40,196 bases of DNA from an uncultured Pseudobdellovibrionaceae bacterium (GCA_964429685.1 CAYSDE010000001.1:6293-46488); one strand, 5' to 3'; counted from the first letter of the stretch, positions 1 to 9,804 are shown. A program made the numbers and translations. The notes: generated by a model from the sequence alone, not told the origin.

Positions 1-183
1 GAGCGTTCTGCCGAAGACCTCGAAAAATCCGGTTATGCCCATGATACGGTGCTGCGGGTGTGGAAAATGCTCGACCGGGCGGAATACAAACGCCGCCAGT
101 CTGCTCCCGGTGTCAAAATAACCCCGCGCAGCTTCGGTAAAGACCGGCGGTATCCGATTACCAACGGGTTTACTGCGGCATAA
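1..183 (+). CDS. nadE: NAD+ synthase, C-terminal fragment (gene starts upstream of the window)
   Basis: Frame 1 is open from base 1 to TAA at 181-183. It reads ...VLRVWKMLDRAEYKRRQSAPGVKITPRSFGKDRRYPITNGFTAA. The AEYKRRQ..PG.KIT...FG.DRRYPITN tail is how NAD+ synthetases end. It is absent from the ORF track because it has no start in the window. Confidence 0.7.
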   Translation, partial: ERSAEDLEKSGYAHDTVLRVWKMLDRAEYKRRQSAPGVKITPRSFGKDRRYPITNGFTAA

Positions 184-721
184 TTCTTAAAGCTGGGCAC
201 GCGCTCAGAAATTTCAGGGCTTTGGCTTCTGCGGCGGGGTTGCCGGTCTGAATTGGTGTTGGGCGGATGATTCCGTCCCACAAATCGTCAGTCCCGTAGG
301 GCAGAAGCCATTCCCATTCACCGCTTTGGTCGAGACGGACACCGGTAGCCGTGGCAGTATGTAACCATTTAGAGATACCATCGGCGCTGCTCACGTAGGG
401 TTTTTGCTCAGGCCAGCGCCAGACTCCAAAACTGGCCTGATTTTTTACGTCGAAGGTATAGTCCGGGAAACGCGCCAGCAAAATTTCCTTGGCGCGATTC
501 TCTTCCGCCTGATCACCCTCCGGGTTCCAGAAGGCAATATCATAATCGTTAATACCGAGTTGGCAGGCCTCCCCAAAACGGGCCTTCCAAATGGGATTGC
601 GGATAGCCCCGCCCGCCAGCCAAGCATCTGTAAGTCCAAGCGCAGCAATAGCCGGCAGAACTTCTCCAACCGGCGATTTCTGGAGGACATTTCTCATGAA
701 GGTGAGACGAATATCTTGCAT
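170..721 (-). CDS. small stand-alone nucleotidyltransferase family protein (NTP_transf_6/DUF925-like)
   Basis: From ORF 170..928. I place the start at the ATG at 721 (MQDIRLTFMRNVL...) because the longer version would run across the gltX start at 821. LTDAWLAGGAIRNPIW...INDYDIAFW...DVKNQA resembles this family, recognised from memory only. The 3' end overlaps the nadE stop by 14 nt (convergent). Confidence 0.65.
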   Translation of the reverse strand: MQDIRLTFMRNVLQKSPVGEVLPAIAALGLTDAWLAGGAIRNPIWKARFGEACQLGINDYDIAFWNPEGDQAEENRAKEILLARFPDYTFDVKNQASFGVWRWPEQKPYVSSADGISKWLHTATATGVRLDQSGEWEWLLPYGTDDLWDGIIRPTPIQTGNPAAEAKALKFLSACPALRIMPQ

Positions 722-820
722 ATCAGCAGATTTAGTCTGATTGAAAAAGGCTGTCAATAAAGTCAGGATTCTGTCAAGCCCCCCTCGATTCTGGCAACTT
801 TTTCTGCTAGATACGGGGGC

Positions 821-2170
821 ATGACCGTAACTGTTCGCATTGCGCCAAGTCCGACCGGGCGCCTTCATGTCGGCAATCTGCGTACCGCCGTCTTTAACTG
901 GCTGTATGCCCGGAAGCATGGCGGGCATTTCCTGCTGCGGATTGATGATACCGATACCGCCCGCTCGACCAAAGAGATGGATGAAGCGATTCAGGAGGAT
1001 TTGCGCTGGCTCGGCGTGACGTGGGACAAGTTCGCCCGCCAGTCGGAGCGGCTGCCGCGCTATGCGGAAGTCATCGCCCAGCTCAAGGCCGCCGGTCGCC
1101 TCTATCCCTGCTACGAGACAGAAGAAGAGTTGGGCCTCAAGCGCAAGAGCCTGCTCGGACGCGGGCTGCCGCCGGTTTATGACCGCGCCGCGCTCAAGCT
1201 GTCAGCGGCAGAGGTTGAGAAATTCGAGGCCGAGGGACGTAAACCGCATTGGCGCTTCCTGCTCAAGGATCATCCGGTGGAATGGGATGACGGGGTGCGC
1301 GGCAAGGTCAGCATTCCGGTGCGCGAATTGTCCGACCCTGTTCTTCTCCGCGAAGATGGTTCCCTGCTTTACACGCTGGCCAGCTGTGTTGATGATATGG
1401 ACCTGAACATTACCGACATCATTCGCGGCGAAGATCACGTCACCAATACTGCGCCGCAGATTCAGATCATGCATGCCATCAGCGCGGGCACATATCTGCC
1501 GCGTTTTGCCCATTTTCCGCATATTACCGGCAAGGAGGGCGAAAAACTCTCCAAGCGCCTCGGCAGTTTCGGCATTCCGGAGATTCGGAACGAATTGCAG
1601 GTGGAGCCGATTGCCGTGTGGTGTGTGCTGGGTCGTCTGGGCACGTCCGAGCCGGTGGAAGCGCTGCAGCATCTCGATCAACTGGTTGACAGCTTTGACC
1701 TCTCCAAGGTATCGCGCACCCCGCCGAAGTTTGATCCAGAAGATTTGCTGCGCCTCAATGGCCGCATTCTGCATCATATGCCGTGGGACGATGTGCAGGA
1801 CAGGCTGAAGGCGCTGGGCTTTGCGGACATGGACGAAGAATTCTGGACTGCAGTTCGCCCCAACATCACCCATCTGGCCGAGGTGAAAGACTGGTGGCAC
1901 ATCGCCCGCGAAGTCATTCCCGGCGCGGTGACTGATACCGAGTTTGCCGCCCAAGCCGCCGCCCTGCTGCCGCCCGAGCCATGGGATGCGACGACATGGG
2001 AGAACTGGATTGCCGCCATCAAGAGCGCGACCGGCCGCAAAGGCAAAGACCTTTTCATGCCGCTCCGCCTCGCCCTCACTGGCCGCGAACACGGCCCCGA
2101 GCTTAAGGCGCTGCTGCCACTGATTGGCCGCGCCCGCGCCATTGACCGGATGAATGGGAAGGCCGCATGA
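821..2170 (+). CDS. gltX: glutamate--tRNA ligase
   Basis: 449-aa ORF. N-terminal class I signature is RIAPSPTGRLHVGNLRTA (HIGH variant), with a KLSKR (KMSKS variant) at GEKLSKRLG. The overall layout is GluRS-like. Confidence 0.95.
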   Translation: MTVTVRIAPSPTGRLHVGNLRTAVFNWLYARKHGGHFLLRIDDTDTARSTKEMDEAIQEDLRWLGVTWDKFARQSERLPRYAEVIAQLKAAGRLYPCYETEEELGLKRKSLLGRGLPPVYDRAALKLSAAEVEKFEAEGRKPHWRFLLKDHPVEWDDGVRGKVSIPVRELSDPVLLREDGSLLYTLASCVDDMDLNITDIIRGEDHVTNTAPQIQIMHAISAGTYLPRFAHFPHITGKEGEKLSKRLGSFGIPEIRNELQVEPIAVWCVLGRLGTSEPVEALQHLDQLVDSFDLSKVSRTPPKFDPEDLLRLNGRILHHMPWDDVQDRLKALGFADMDEEFWTAVRPNITHLAEVKDWWHIAREVIPGAVTDTEFAAQAAALLPPEPWDATTWENWIAAIKSATGRKGKDLFMPLRLALTGREHGPELKALLPLIGRARAIDRMNGKAA

Positions 2171-2197
2171 CCAACCCCTCAGCCCTTTCTCCAGAAA

Positions 2198-2305
2198 CGT
2201 CATCCCGGCGCAGGCCGGGATCCATGGTTGTGCAGGAAACAGCGTCTATCATGACCGGCCTCTGTTGATGCGGAGAGATGGATCCCGGCCTGCGCCGGGA
2301 TGACG
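2198..2305. repeat. 108-bp palindromic intergenic element: perfect 27-bp inverted repeats around a 54-bp spacer (REP/MITE-like)
   Basis: cgtcatcccggcgcaggccgggatcca (2198-2224) is the exact reverse complement of tggatcccggcctgcgccgggatgacg (2279-2305). Each arm also holds its own CCCGGC-n4-GCCGGG mini-palindrome. It lies between the gltX stop (2170) and the cysS start (2330). Confidence 0.9.
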
Positions 2306-2329
2306 TGCGGTGCTAACAGGAACAAAATC

Positions 2330-3742
2330 ATGACCTCCGACAAACCAACCCTCAAACTCTACAACACCCTGACTCGCGAAAAAGAAGTCTTCACGCCGAT
2401 AGACCCCAACCGCGTCCGCATGTATGCCTGCGGCCCGACGGTTTATAATTTTTCTCATATCGGGAATTTTCGCACCTATGTGTTTGAGGATGTTCTGGTC
2501 CGCACATTGAGGCATTGTGGCTATGCAGTAACTCATGTCGTGAATATTACGGACGTTGGCCACCTTCAGTCAGATGCTGATGAAGGCGATGACAAGATGG
2601 TGCTGGCGACCAAACGTGAACAGAAGTCGCCGTGGGATATTGCACGTTATTATGAGGGTGTGTTCTTTGAACATATGGATGCTCTAGGTATCACTCGTCC
2701 CACAATCGTCTGCCGTGCGACAGAACATATTCCCGAAATGATAAAAATGGTCGAGACGCTGGTTGACCGTGGCTATGCCTATGTCAGTCAGGGAAATGTC
2801 TATTTCGACGTGACCAAGTTTGATCGCTACTGCGATTTTGCGGGATTACGTCTTGACCAACAAAACCAGACCGACAGGGTTGAGGTTGATGAGCGCAAGC
2901 GGAATCAGGCTGACTTTGCCCTATGGTTCTCCCAGTCAAAGTTCCCCGATCAGATCATGAAATGGGAGTCGCCTTGGGGCGTGGGCTTTCCGGGCTGGCA
3001 TATTGAATGCTCGGCAATGGCCAGTCGCTATTTGGGTGATCATTTTGATATTCACTGCGGCGGCATTGACCATATCAATGTCCATCATACCAACGAGATT
3101 GCACAATCCGAGTGCTGCCACGGCCATAGATGGGTTAACGTCTGGATGCATGGCGAGTTCTTGAATCTTGACAGCGGAAAAATGTCGAAATCCAAGGGTG
3201 AGATCATGACGATCGATACCTTGCGCCAGCATGGTTTCGATCCGTTAGACTACCGCTATCTTCTGCTCACGGCACATTATCGTAGTGAGTTGAAGTTCAG
3301 TTATGAGGCGTTGTCTGCAGCAAAATCAACACTACAAGGCTTGCGTGAACGTGTTCACGAGTGGAAATCTGCCGCTCCTTCTGGGCAAGAGCTCTCTATG
3401 GTTGCGACAGCTTATGCACAAAAATTCTGGGCCGCAGTTTCCGATGATCTTCACATGCCAATAGCACTGTCGGTAATGTGGGCCGTTGTAAAGGCAGACG
3501 ACCTTTCTGCTTCAGAGAAACTTGCACTGCTCGGACAATTTGATGAGGTGATGGGATTAAATCTGCTTGGTTATGTTCGTCGGGAACTAACGACTGAACA
3601 AAAGGCCTTGCTTGATGAACGTACGCAGGCCCGCGCAAACAGAAACTGGGCCGAATCTGACAGGCTGCGAGATGTTCTACTGGCCCAAGGTATTCAGGTA
3701 AAAGATAACCGTGACAGCACAGAATGGACGTGGGTTAATTAA
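2330..3742 (+). CDS. cysS: cysteine--tRNA ligase
   Basis: From ORF 2300..3742. I prefer the ATG at 2330 (MTSDKPTLKLYNTLTREKEVF...), which is preceded by aacAGGAAcaaaatc. The 2300 start lies inside the inverted repeat. Motifs: CGPTVYNFSHIGN (HIGH region), WHIECS, KMSKSKG. Confidence 0.95.
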   Translation: MTSDKPTLKLYNTLTREKEVFTPIDPNRVRMYACGPTVYNFSHIGNFRTYVFEDVLVRTLRHCGYAVTHVVNITDVGHLQSDADEGDDKMVLATKREQKSPWDIARYYEGVFFEHMDALGITRPTIVCRATEHIPEMIKMVETLVDRGYAYVSQGNVYFDVTKFDRYCDFAGLRLDQQNQTDRVEVDERKRNQADFALWFSQSKFPDQIMKWESPWGVGFPGWHIECSAMASRYLGDHFDIHCGGIDHINVHHTNEIAQSECCHGHRWVNVWMHGEFLNLDSGKMSKSKGEIMTIDTLRQHGFDPLDYRYLLLTAHYRSELKFSYEALSAAKSTLQGLRERVHEWKSAAPSGQELSMVATAYAQKFWAAVSDDLHMPIALSVMWAVVKADDLSASEKLALLGQFDEVMGLNLLGYVRRELTTEQKALLDERTQARANRNWAESDRLRDVLLAQGIQVKDNRDSTEWTWVN

Positions 3743-3745
3743 ACC

Positions 3746-4474
3746 ATGACCGCCCCCATCATCATCCTGATTGAGCCGCAACTAGGCGAGAATATCGGTG
3801 CCTGTGCGCGGGCGATGCTGAATTGCGGAGTAACCGAGTTGCGGCTGGTTAATCCCCGCGATGGCTGGCCGAGTGAGAAGGCGTTGGCATCGTCGGCGGG
3901 AGCGGACCGGGTTATCAACGAGGCCCAACTGTTCAGCACCACACAGGCGGCGATTGCGGATTGTGACCTGGTTTATGCGACCGGGGCGCGGCTGCGTCAC
4001 CTCAATCTGCCGATTGATACCGGCGAAGAGGCCGCCCCGCGTCTGCTGGCGGCGGCGCGTCCGGCCATTCTGTTCGGGCCGGAGCGAACCGGGTTGCATA
4101 ATGATGATGTGGCACTGGCCTCGCGCTTCCTCACCATTCCGCTCAATCCCGGCTTTACCTCGCTTAATATCGCGCAGGCGGTGCTGCTGGTCAGCTATCT
4201 CTGGCACCGCGAGAACGGTCTGCCGCCGGTTGACCATTCCCGCCGCACCGCCAGCACCCAGCCGGCCACGCAGGAGCAGGTGGAAGGGTTGATGGTGCAT
4301 CTGGAAACCGAGCTGGAGCGGGCACATTTCTTCACCAGCCCGACCAAGAAGCCGTCCATGCTGCTGAACCTCCGCGCCGCCTTCTCGCGCATGGAAATGA
4401 CCGAGCAGGACGTGCTGACCTTCCGAGGCATCATCAAAACGCTGGTGCTGGGGCGGCGAAGCGAGAAAAGATAG
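3746..4474 (+). CDS. SpoU/TrmH-family RNA 2'-O-methyltransferase (TrmJ-like)
   Basis: 242-aa ORF starting 4 nt after the cysS stop. IILIEPQLGENIGACARAMLNCGVTELRLVNPRDGWP and a C-terminal LNIAQAVLLVSY match the SPOUT methyltransferase fold motifs. Confidence 0.85.
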   Translation: MTAPIIILIEPQLGENIGACARAMLNCGVTELRLVNPRDGWPSEKALASSAGADRVINEAQLFSTTQAAIADCDLVYATGARLRHLNLPIDTGEEAAPRLLAAARPAILFGPERTGLHNDDVALASRFLTIPLNPGFTSLNIAQAVLLVSYLWHRENGLPPVDHSRRTASTQPATQEQVEGLMVHLETELERAHFFTSPTKKPSMLLNLRAAFSRMEMTEQDVLTFRGIIKTLVLGRRSEKR

Positions 4475-4580
4475 CGTTCACGCCCCTGCCCTGCCCGCCT
4501 TTGCCCAAAAATCCCGGCTTGACGAGTCTGCGAAATGCGTGAAGATACCCCTGACCTTTTCGTAACGTAAGGAGAAAGCC

Positions 4581-4955
4581 ATGAGCAATAATCCTGTCGG
4601 CTGGTTTGAAATTTATGTTGAAGATATGACCCGCGCCAAACGCTTTTATGAAGCTGTGTTCCTGATGCCACTCACGCAGCTTGAAACGCCGACGCCCGGT
4701 CTTGAGATGTGGGCTTTTCCCATGCTGGAAGGAAAAGGAGCCTCCGGCGCACTGGTCAAGATGCAGGGAGTTCCGGCAGGCGGCAACAGCATTCTGGTTT
4801 ACTTCTCGTGTCAGGACTGCGCGGTAGAAGAGGCACGGGTGAGTGCCGCTGGCGGACGGGTTCACAAAAGCCGCTTCTCAATCGGACCCTATGGCTTCAT
4901 TGCGCTGGTAGAAGACAGCGAAGGAAACATGATCGGGCTGCATTCGATGCAGTAG
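4581..4955 (+). CDS. VOC (glyoxalase/bleomycin-resistance) family protein
   Basis: 124-aa ORF with a strong RBS (taAGGAGAaagcc-ATG). PVGWFEIYVEDMTRAKRFYEAVF...GNMIGLHS is typical of small VOC-family proteins. Confidence 0.8.
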   Translation: MSNNPVGWFEIYVEDMTRAKRFYEAVFLMPLTQLETPTPGLEMWAFPMLEGKGASGALVKMQGVPAGGNSILVYFSCQDCAVEEARVSAAGGRVHKSRFSIGPYGFIALVEDSEGNMIGLHSMQ

Positions 4956-4959
4956 AGGG

Positions 4960-6330
4960 TCAGGCGGCTTTCAGCAGTGCCGCCCGTTCATCCTTCAGCA
5001 TCTCGGCCAGCAAAAACGCCAGCTCAAGGCCTTGTGAGGCGTTGAGGCGGGGGTCGCAGGCGGTGATGTAGTTTTCCGACAGGCGCTCGGCGGTGATGGC
5101 TTCGGCCCCACCGATGCATTCGGTGACGTTCTGGCCGGTCAGCTCGAAATGGACGCCGCCGGGGTGCGTGCCCTCGCTGCGGTGAACAGCGAAGAAGTCT
5201 TTCACCTCGGTCAAGACAGAATTGAAATCCCGCGTCTTGTAGCCGTTATCGGTCTTGATGGTGTTGCCATGCATGGGGTCGCAGCACCAGACTACCGTGC
5301 GGCCCTCGACCTTGATGCGGCGGATGAGTTTGGGCATATGCTCGGCACTCTTGCCCGCCCCAACGCGACTGATGAGGGTAATGCGCCCGGCTTCATTGTC
5401 GGGGTTGAGGATGTCGAGCAGTTTTATCAATTCATCCGGATCCGAAGTGGGGCCACATTTGATGCCGAGCGGATTTTTGACGCCGCGCAGAAACTCGACA
5501 TGGGCACCGCCGGGCTGGCGGGTGCGGTCGCCAATCCATAAATAATGAGCCGACACATCATACCAGTCGCCCGTGGTGCTATCAACGCGGGTCAGCGCCT
5601 GTTCATAAGGCAGCAACAGCGCTTCATGGCTGGTGTAGAAAGCAGTTTCACGCAGAGCCGGTGTACTCTCGGCGGTGATGCCACAAGCCTGCATGAAGTC
5701 GAGGCATTGGGTCAGCTGATCGGCAAGGCTCTGATAGCGCTCGCCCGCCGGACTCTTGGCGATGAATCCCAGCGTCCATTGATGCACGCGATGCAGATCG
5801 GCATAGCCGCCCTGCGCAAAAGCCCGCAGCAGATTCAGGGTTGCGGCAGACTGATTGTAGGCCTGCACCATGCGCTCGGGATCGCAGCGGCGGGCCTCGG
5901 CGGTGAAGTCCGGGCCGTTGATGATGTCGCCCTTGTAACTCTCCAGCGTCACCCCGTTGATGGTTTCCGTTTCAGCCGAACGCGGTTTGGCGAACTGTCC
6001 GGCAATACGGCCGATCTTGACTACCGGCGTCGCCGAGCCGAAGACCAGAACCACAGCCATCTGCAGCAGCACGCGGAAGGTATCGCGGATGGTAATCGGG
6101 TGAAACTCGGCAAAGCTCTCGGCACAATCGCCGCCCTGTAGCAGAAACCCATGGCCCTGCGCTACCTCGCCCAGTGTTTTCTTGAGCGCCCGCGCCTCCC
6201 CGGCAAAAACCAGCGGCGGATAGTTGCGAAGCTTGCTGACAACAGAGTCCACCTGCGCCGGGTACTGATAGGTCGGCATGTGCTTGGCAGGCTTGGATTT
6301 CCAGCTTTCGGGGGTCCACTCGGTCATCAT
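4960..6330 (-). CDS. class II 3-deoxy-7-phosphoheptulonate (DAHP) synthase
   Basis: 456-aa [23 protein letters not shown]...[11 protein letters not shown]...KGDIING is the class II (plant-like/AroA-II) DAHPS signature. Confidence 0.95.
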   Translation of the reverse strand: MMTEWTPESWKSKPAKHMPTYQYPAQVDSVVSKLRNYPPLVFAGEARALKKTLGEVAQGHGFLLQGGDCAESFAEFHPITIRDTFRVLLQMAVVLVFGSATPVVKIGRIAGQFAKPRSAETETINGVTLESYKGDIINGPDFTAEARRCDPERMVQAYNQSAATLNLLRAFAQGGYADLHRVHQWTLGFIAKSPAGERYQSLADQLTQCLDFMQACGITAESTPALRETAFYTSHEALLLPYEQALTRVDSTTGDWYDVSAHYLWIGDRTRQPGGAHVEFLRGVKNPLGIKCGPTSDPDELIKLLDILNPDNEAGRITLISRVGAGKSAEHMPKLIRRIKVEGRTVVWCCDPMHGNTIKTDNGYKTRDFNSVLTEVKDFFAVHRSEGTHPGGVHFELTGQNVTECIGGAEAITAERLSENYITACDPRLNASQGLELAFLLAEMLKDERAALLKAA

Positions 6331-6375
6331 CTGCTCCGTTTTTGAATGTCGCCTTTTATAGCGGCAAAAAGCGGA

Positions 6376-7455
6376 TCAGGCAACGGCCTGTGCATCCCGG
6401 AACGTCACCATGCGACCCTTGACCTCGTCCCACAGCGTTAGATGCATGCACTTCAAGCTGCTCAGGAAAGTCAGGCGGTTCACATTCTGCAGCTCGGGAT
6501 TGCTATCCAGACAGGCCTGCAGCTTGTAATTGGGAATCAGGGCGCAGAAATGGTGAATATGGTGCAGACCGATATTGCCGGTGAACCATTGCAGCCATTT
6601 GGGCAGAACATAATAGCTGCTGCCATAAAGCGCGGCGGCATAATAATTCCACTCCGGATCAGGCTGCCAGTAGCTGTTTTCGTATTGGTGTTGAACGAAG
6701 AACAGCCAGCCGCCCGCCCATGCCGTAATCACCACAATCGGCAGATAAGCGATAAACAGGGCGCCCCAGCCAACGAGATAGCCCATCAGGCCATAAACAA
6801 TAACAAGAGCGAGGTTGAACGACATGATGCTCTGCCACGACTGTGCCACCGGCATGGGGTGATAGTCCTTGAGGAAAGGAATTTGCTGCACCGGCAACAA
6901 ACGCTGCATGACAAAGACATGGAAAGGAGGGCCGAAAACCAGCACCACCAGCGGATGACGGAAAATCCGGTACAAGCGCTGTTTGGCGGGCGAGAGCTGT
7001 GCAAACTCCTTCACCGTCAGCGTATCAATCGCCCCGGCACTGCGGCGCGACAGATTGCCAGAGGTGGCGTGATGCATATTATGCGCTTTTTTCCAGAACT
7101 GGTAAGGCGTGAAAGTCAGGATGCCTATCAACCGACCGACCAGCGTATTGGCCCAAGCCTGATTGAAGAATGATCCGTGTCCGCAGTCATGCTGGAAAAT
7201 GAACAGCCGCACCAGCAGCCCAGCGGCGGGCAACATCCCCAGCGCCACAAACCAGTAGGCCTGATGGATGTAGGCATAAATCATGGCGCCGGTCAGGGCA
7301 AAATACATGATCGAGGTGGTAATCAGCTGAAACAGGCTGCGCCACGCCTCGGCCCCCTTGAAGGACTGGCAATGCTTGATCAGCGCTTTCATTTTTTGCT
7401 CTTCAGTACTTCCTGAGGGCGCAGCATGCGAGGGGGCGGGTACGGCAGACATCAT
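6376..7455 (-). CDS. membrane fatty acid desaturase
   Basis: 359-aa ORF with the three His boxes HDCGH, HNMHH and HHIHH separated by hydrophobic spans. The start could also be the internal MKALIKH. Confidence 0.9.
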   Translation of the reverse strand: MMSAVPAPSHAAPSGSTEEQKMKALIKHCQSFKGAEAWRSLFQLITTSIMYFALTGAMIYAYIHQAYWFVALGMLPAAGLLVRLFIFQHDCGHGSFFNQAWANTLVGRLIGILTFTPYQFWKKAHNMHHATSGNLSRRSAGAIDTLTVKEFAQLSPAKQRLYRIFRHPLVVLVFGPPFHVFVMQRLLPVQQIPFLKDYHPMPVAQSWQSIMSFNLALVIVYGLMGYLVGWGALFIAYLPIVVITAWAGGWLFFVQHQYENSYWQPDPEWNYYAAALYGSSYYVLPKWLQWFTGNIGLHHIHHFCALIPNYKLQACLDSNPELQNVNRLTFLSSLKCMHLTLWDEVKGRMVTFRDAQAVA

Positions 7456-7533
7456 CAGGACACCAAGAGTTGGTTAACAGACAGCCCTTGTATAGACCTG
7501 ATTCGCTATGTGCAATACCAAACGTTCCGGTCT

Positions 7534-8373
7534 TCAGGGGCTAAGTCCTCGGCGGCTCTTTTGCATTGCTTTCCAGAGTGGCGGATTGAGCTTTTCTATC
7601 TCCGTATCCGAAAAGATATTCTGAGCCATGCGGATCTGGACAAAGCCGCGTAGCACGCATCCGGCTCCGGCAGGGGCCACAGCAACTTCATGCGGCGTGG
7701 CACCATTGGAGATTATGACACTGCCCGGCTCATGAGTGCGGCCCCCCGCGGGGTACAAAATGCCTTTAAAGAATTCCCGTCTGGCATCTTCTTCCTCACC
7801 AAGTTCGGCTAGATCCAGATGGAGATCCGAGGCTGCAGCGGCCTTGCGGTAAGCCTGAAGGTTGAAATTTCCCAAACCGTCATAATAGATGGTGGGAATG
7901 GCGCTGGCAGCCATATAGAGTGTTGAAAGCCGAGCAGGAGGCTCCCCATCAAGAAAGGAGGTCATCCGGTCATCAATATGCGGCCCAAGTGGCGCATATC
8001 GCGCTGGGTAACCGGCCCAGACTGTTCTGCGTTCATAAAGCAGGCTCCACATTTCGTTATCGGCCTGCTCTGAAGTGGCAAAGCGATGACCCGCCACAAA
8101 CTGGGCCATGCCGCAGTCTTTGAACCAGTCCGGTACAAAAACAGGCGTCCCTGGTGCCTTGATCGGGAGGTAAACCTGATCCGGCACATCTGTGCCGCGG
8201 ATAACCAGAAGCGTGGGGTTGCCCGCTCCGACTTTCTGGGCCTTCTGCAGGCGACTGAAAACATCCATCACACGCGGCGTGTCAAGATCGAGGTCAATGA
8301 TCGGCGCGGCTGTGATGGTTTCGGGCGTGATGATGGTAAAATCGTCTGGGTGTATCATGATGGCGGGCACCAT
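7534..8373 (-). CDS. hypothetical protein (possible HxD...H non-haem iron oxygenase-like, speculative)
   Basis: 279-aa ORF with backbone-like composition and no signal peptide. No family recognised. It contains PHIDD and a later TPHEV, which could form an HxD...H triad. Confidence 0.6.
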   Translation of the reverse strand: MVPAIMIHPDDFTIITPETITAAPIIDLDLDTPRVMDVFSRLQKAQKVGAGNPTLLVIRGTDVPDQVYLPIKAPGTPVFVPDWFKDCGMAQFVAGHRFATSEQADNEMWSLLYERRTVWAGYPARYAPLGPHIDDRMTSFLDGEPPARLSTLYMAASAIPTIYYDGLGNFNLQAYRKAAAASDLHLDLAELGEEEDARREFFKGILYPAGGRTHEPGSVIISNGATPHEVAVAPAGAGCVLRGFVQIRMAQNIFSDTEIEKLNPPLWKAMQKSRRGLSP

Positions 8374-8409
8374 AAGACATAGTCCCAGACGATTTCAACC
8401 CTTACTTTA

Positions 8410-9804
8410 TTAACGCGAGCGACCCTGCGGACGACCGCCGCCCCCGCCAAAACTGCGCTTTTTGGCGTAGTCGCGGGGTGCCTGTGGGCGAGCACCCTGA
8501 TTCTGGTTAGCTTCCCCACCATCGGCACCAGCTCTTGCGGCGCTGCTGGGGCCCTTCCTGTGCGGCTTCTTTTGACCCGAACGCGGGGCCGAGGGACGTG
8601 CTCCCTCAGGGCGATAGCTCCGGGGACGGTCAGTCTGGCCTTCCGGCTGCTTCTGGGGCGGCGGTACGATGATGCCCGAGGCTGCCGGTTTTTCGATAAC
8701 AGTCAGCTTCATGCGGGTCAGGCGCTCAATATCGCGCAGGTAATTCCGCTCGTCATGATCGCAAAGGGCGATGGCAATGCCCGCTTTACCAGCACGGGCG
8801 GTACGGCCAATGCGATGGACATAGGATTCCGGTTCGTTGGGAATCTCGAAATTGATGACGTGCGTCACATCATCAATGTCAATCCCACGGGCTGCAATGT
8901 CGGTTGCGACCAGAGCGCGGATGCGGCCCGATCCGAAAGCGCGCAGCACTGCCTGACGCTGGCTCTGCGACTTGCGACCATGCATGGCTGCCGTCGTGAT
9001 ATTGAGCTTTTCAAGGGTCTTGGACACCTTGTCGGCCCCGTGCTTGGTGCGGGTGAAGATGATAACACGCTCCATTGCAGCATCGGCGAGCAAATCAACC
9101 AGAACCTGACGCTTTTCGTTACCATGCGCAAAGATGACGCTTTGGGAAATGCGATCAACCGGGGTTGCGGTCGGGGTGACTTCAATGCGGACGGGATCCT
9201 GCAGCAGATTCTTGGCCAGATCAGCCACAGCTGTGGGCATAGTGGCCGAGAAGAACAGGGTTTGACGCGGATAGGGCAGCGCCTTGGCAATTTGCTTCAC
9301 GCTGGGCATGAAGCCGATTTCCAGCATGCGGTCGGCTTCGTCGAGAACGAAGACTTCAACCTTGTCGAGCGCAATCAGGCGCTGCTCCATCAGATCGACC
9401 AAACGACCCGGCGTCGCGATAACAATATCGCAGCCGCGCTTGAGATCGTTGACCTGACGATCTTGGCTGACTCCACCAACGATCACCACGCTCGGCACCT
9501 TGACAAAGCGGCCATAAATCTTGGCGTTATCAGCAATCTGGATCGCCAGTTCCCGCGTCGGCGCCAGAATCAGCGCACGGGGATGGCGGGTCTTGTTGGG
9601 TTCGCCCGAAAGCTTATGCAGAATGGGCAGCAGAAAAGCAGCGGTCTTGCCGGTGCCGGTCTGGGCCAGACCCAGAATGTTGCGGCCTTCCATTGCGGGC
9701 GGAATCGCCTTGGACTGGATGGGTGTGGGAGTTTCATAGCCTTCGCGCTTCAGCGCATCCAGCAGTTCAGAACGCAGTTGGAGATCAGAAAAAAGCAGAG
9801 TCAT
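8410..9804 (-). CDS. DEAD-box ATP-dependent RNA helicase (RhlE-like) with RG-rich C-terminal tail
   Basis: 464-aa ORF. Motifs: AQTGTGKT (motif I), VLDEADRM (DEAD), SAT, HRIGRTARAG. The basic Gly/Arg tail is ...FGGGGGRPQGRSR. Confidence 0.95.
   Translation of the reverse strand: MTLLFSDLQLRSELLDALKREGYETPTPIQSKAIPPAMEGRNILGLAQTGTGKTAAFLLPILHKLSGEPNKTRHPRALILAPTRELAIQIADNAKIYGRFVKVPSVVIVGGVSQDRQVNDLKRGCDIVIATPGRLVDLMEQRLIALDKVEVFVLDEADRMLEIGFMPSVKQIAKALPYPRQTLFFSATMPTAVADLAKNLLQDPVRIEVTPTATPVDRISQSVIFAHGNEKRQVLVDLLADAAMERVIIFTRTKHGADKVSKTLEKLNITTAAMHGRKSQSQRQAVLRAFGSGRIRALVATDIAARGIDIDDVTHVINFEIPNEPESYVHRIGRTARAGKAGIAIALCDHDERNYLRDIERLTRMKLTVIEKPAASGIIVPPPQKQPEGQTDRPRSYRPEGARPSAPRSGQKKPHRKGPSSAARAGADGGEANQNQGARPQAPRDYAKKRSFGGGGGRPQGRSR

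Noticed and set aside
2300-2329. The upstream start (2300) listed for cysS in the ORF track.
   Set aside because: It lies inside the right arm of the 27-bp inverted repeat and adds a non-conserved MTCGANRNKI extension. The ATG at 2330 has an AGGAA RBS and gives a typical CysRS N-terminus.
4519-4547. Promoter-like TTGACG-17 nt-AAGATA upstream of the VOC gene.
   Set aside because: The -35 is good, but the -10 lacks the conserved final T and matches poorly. It is too weak to report as a feature.
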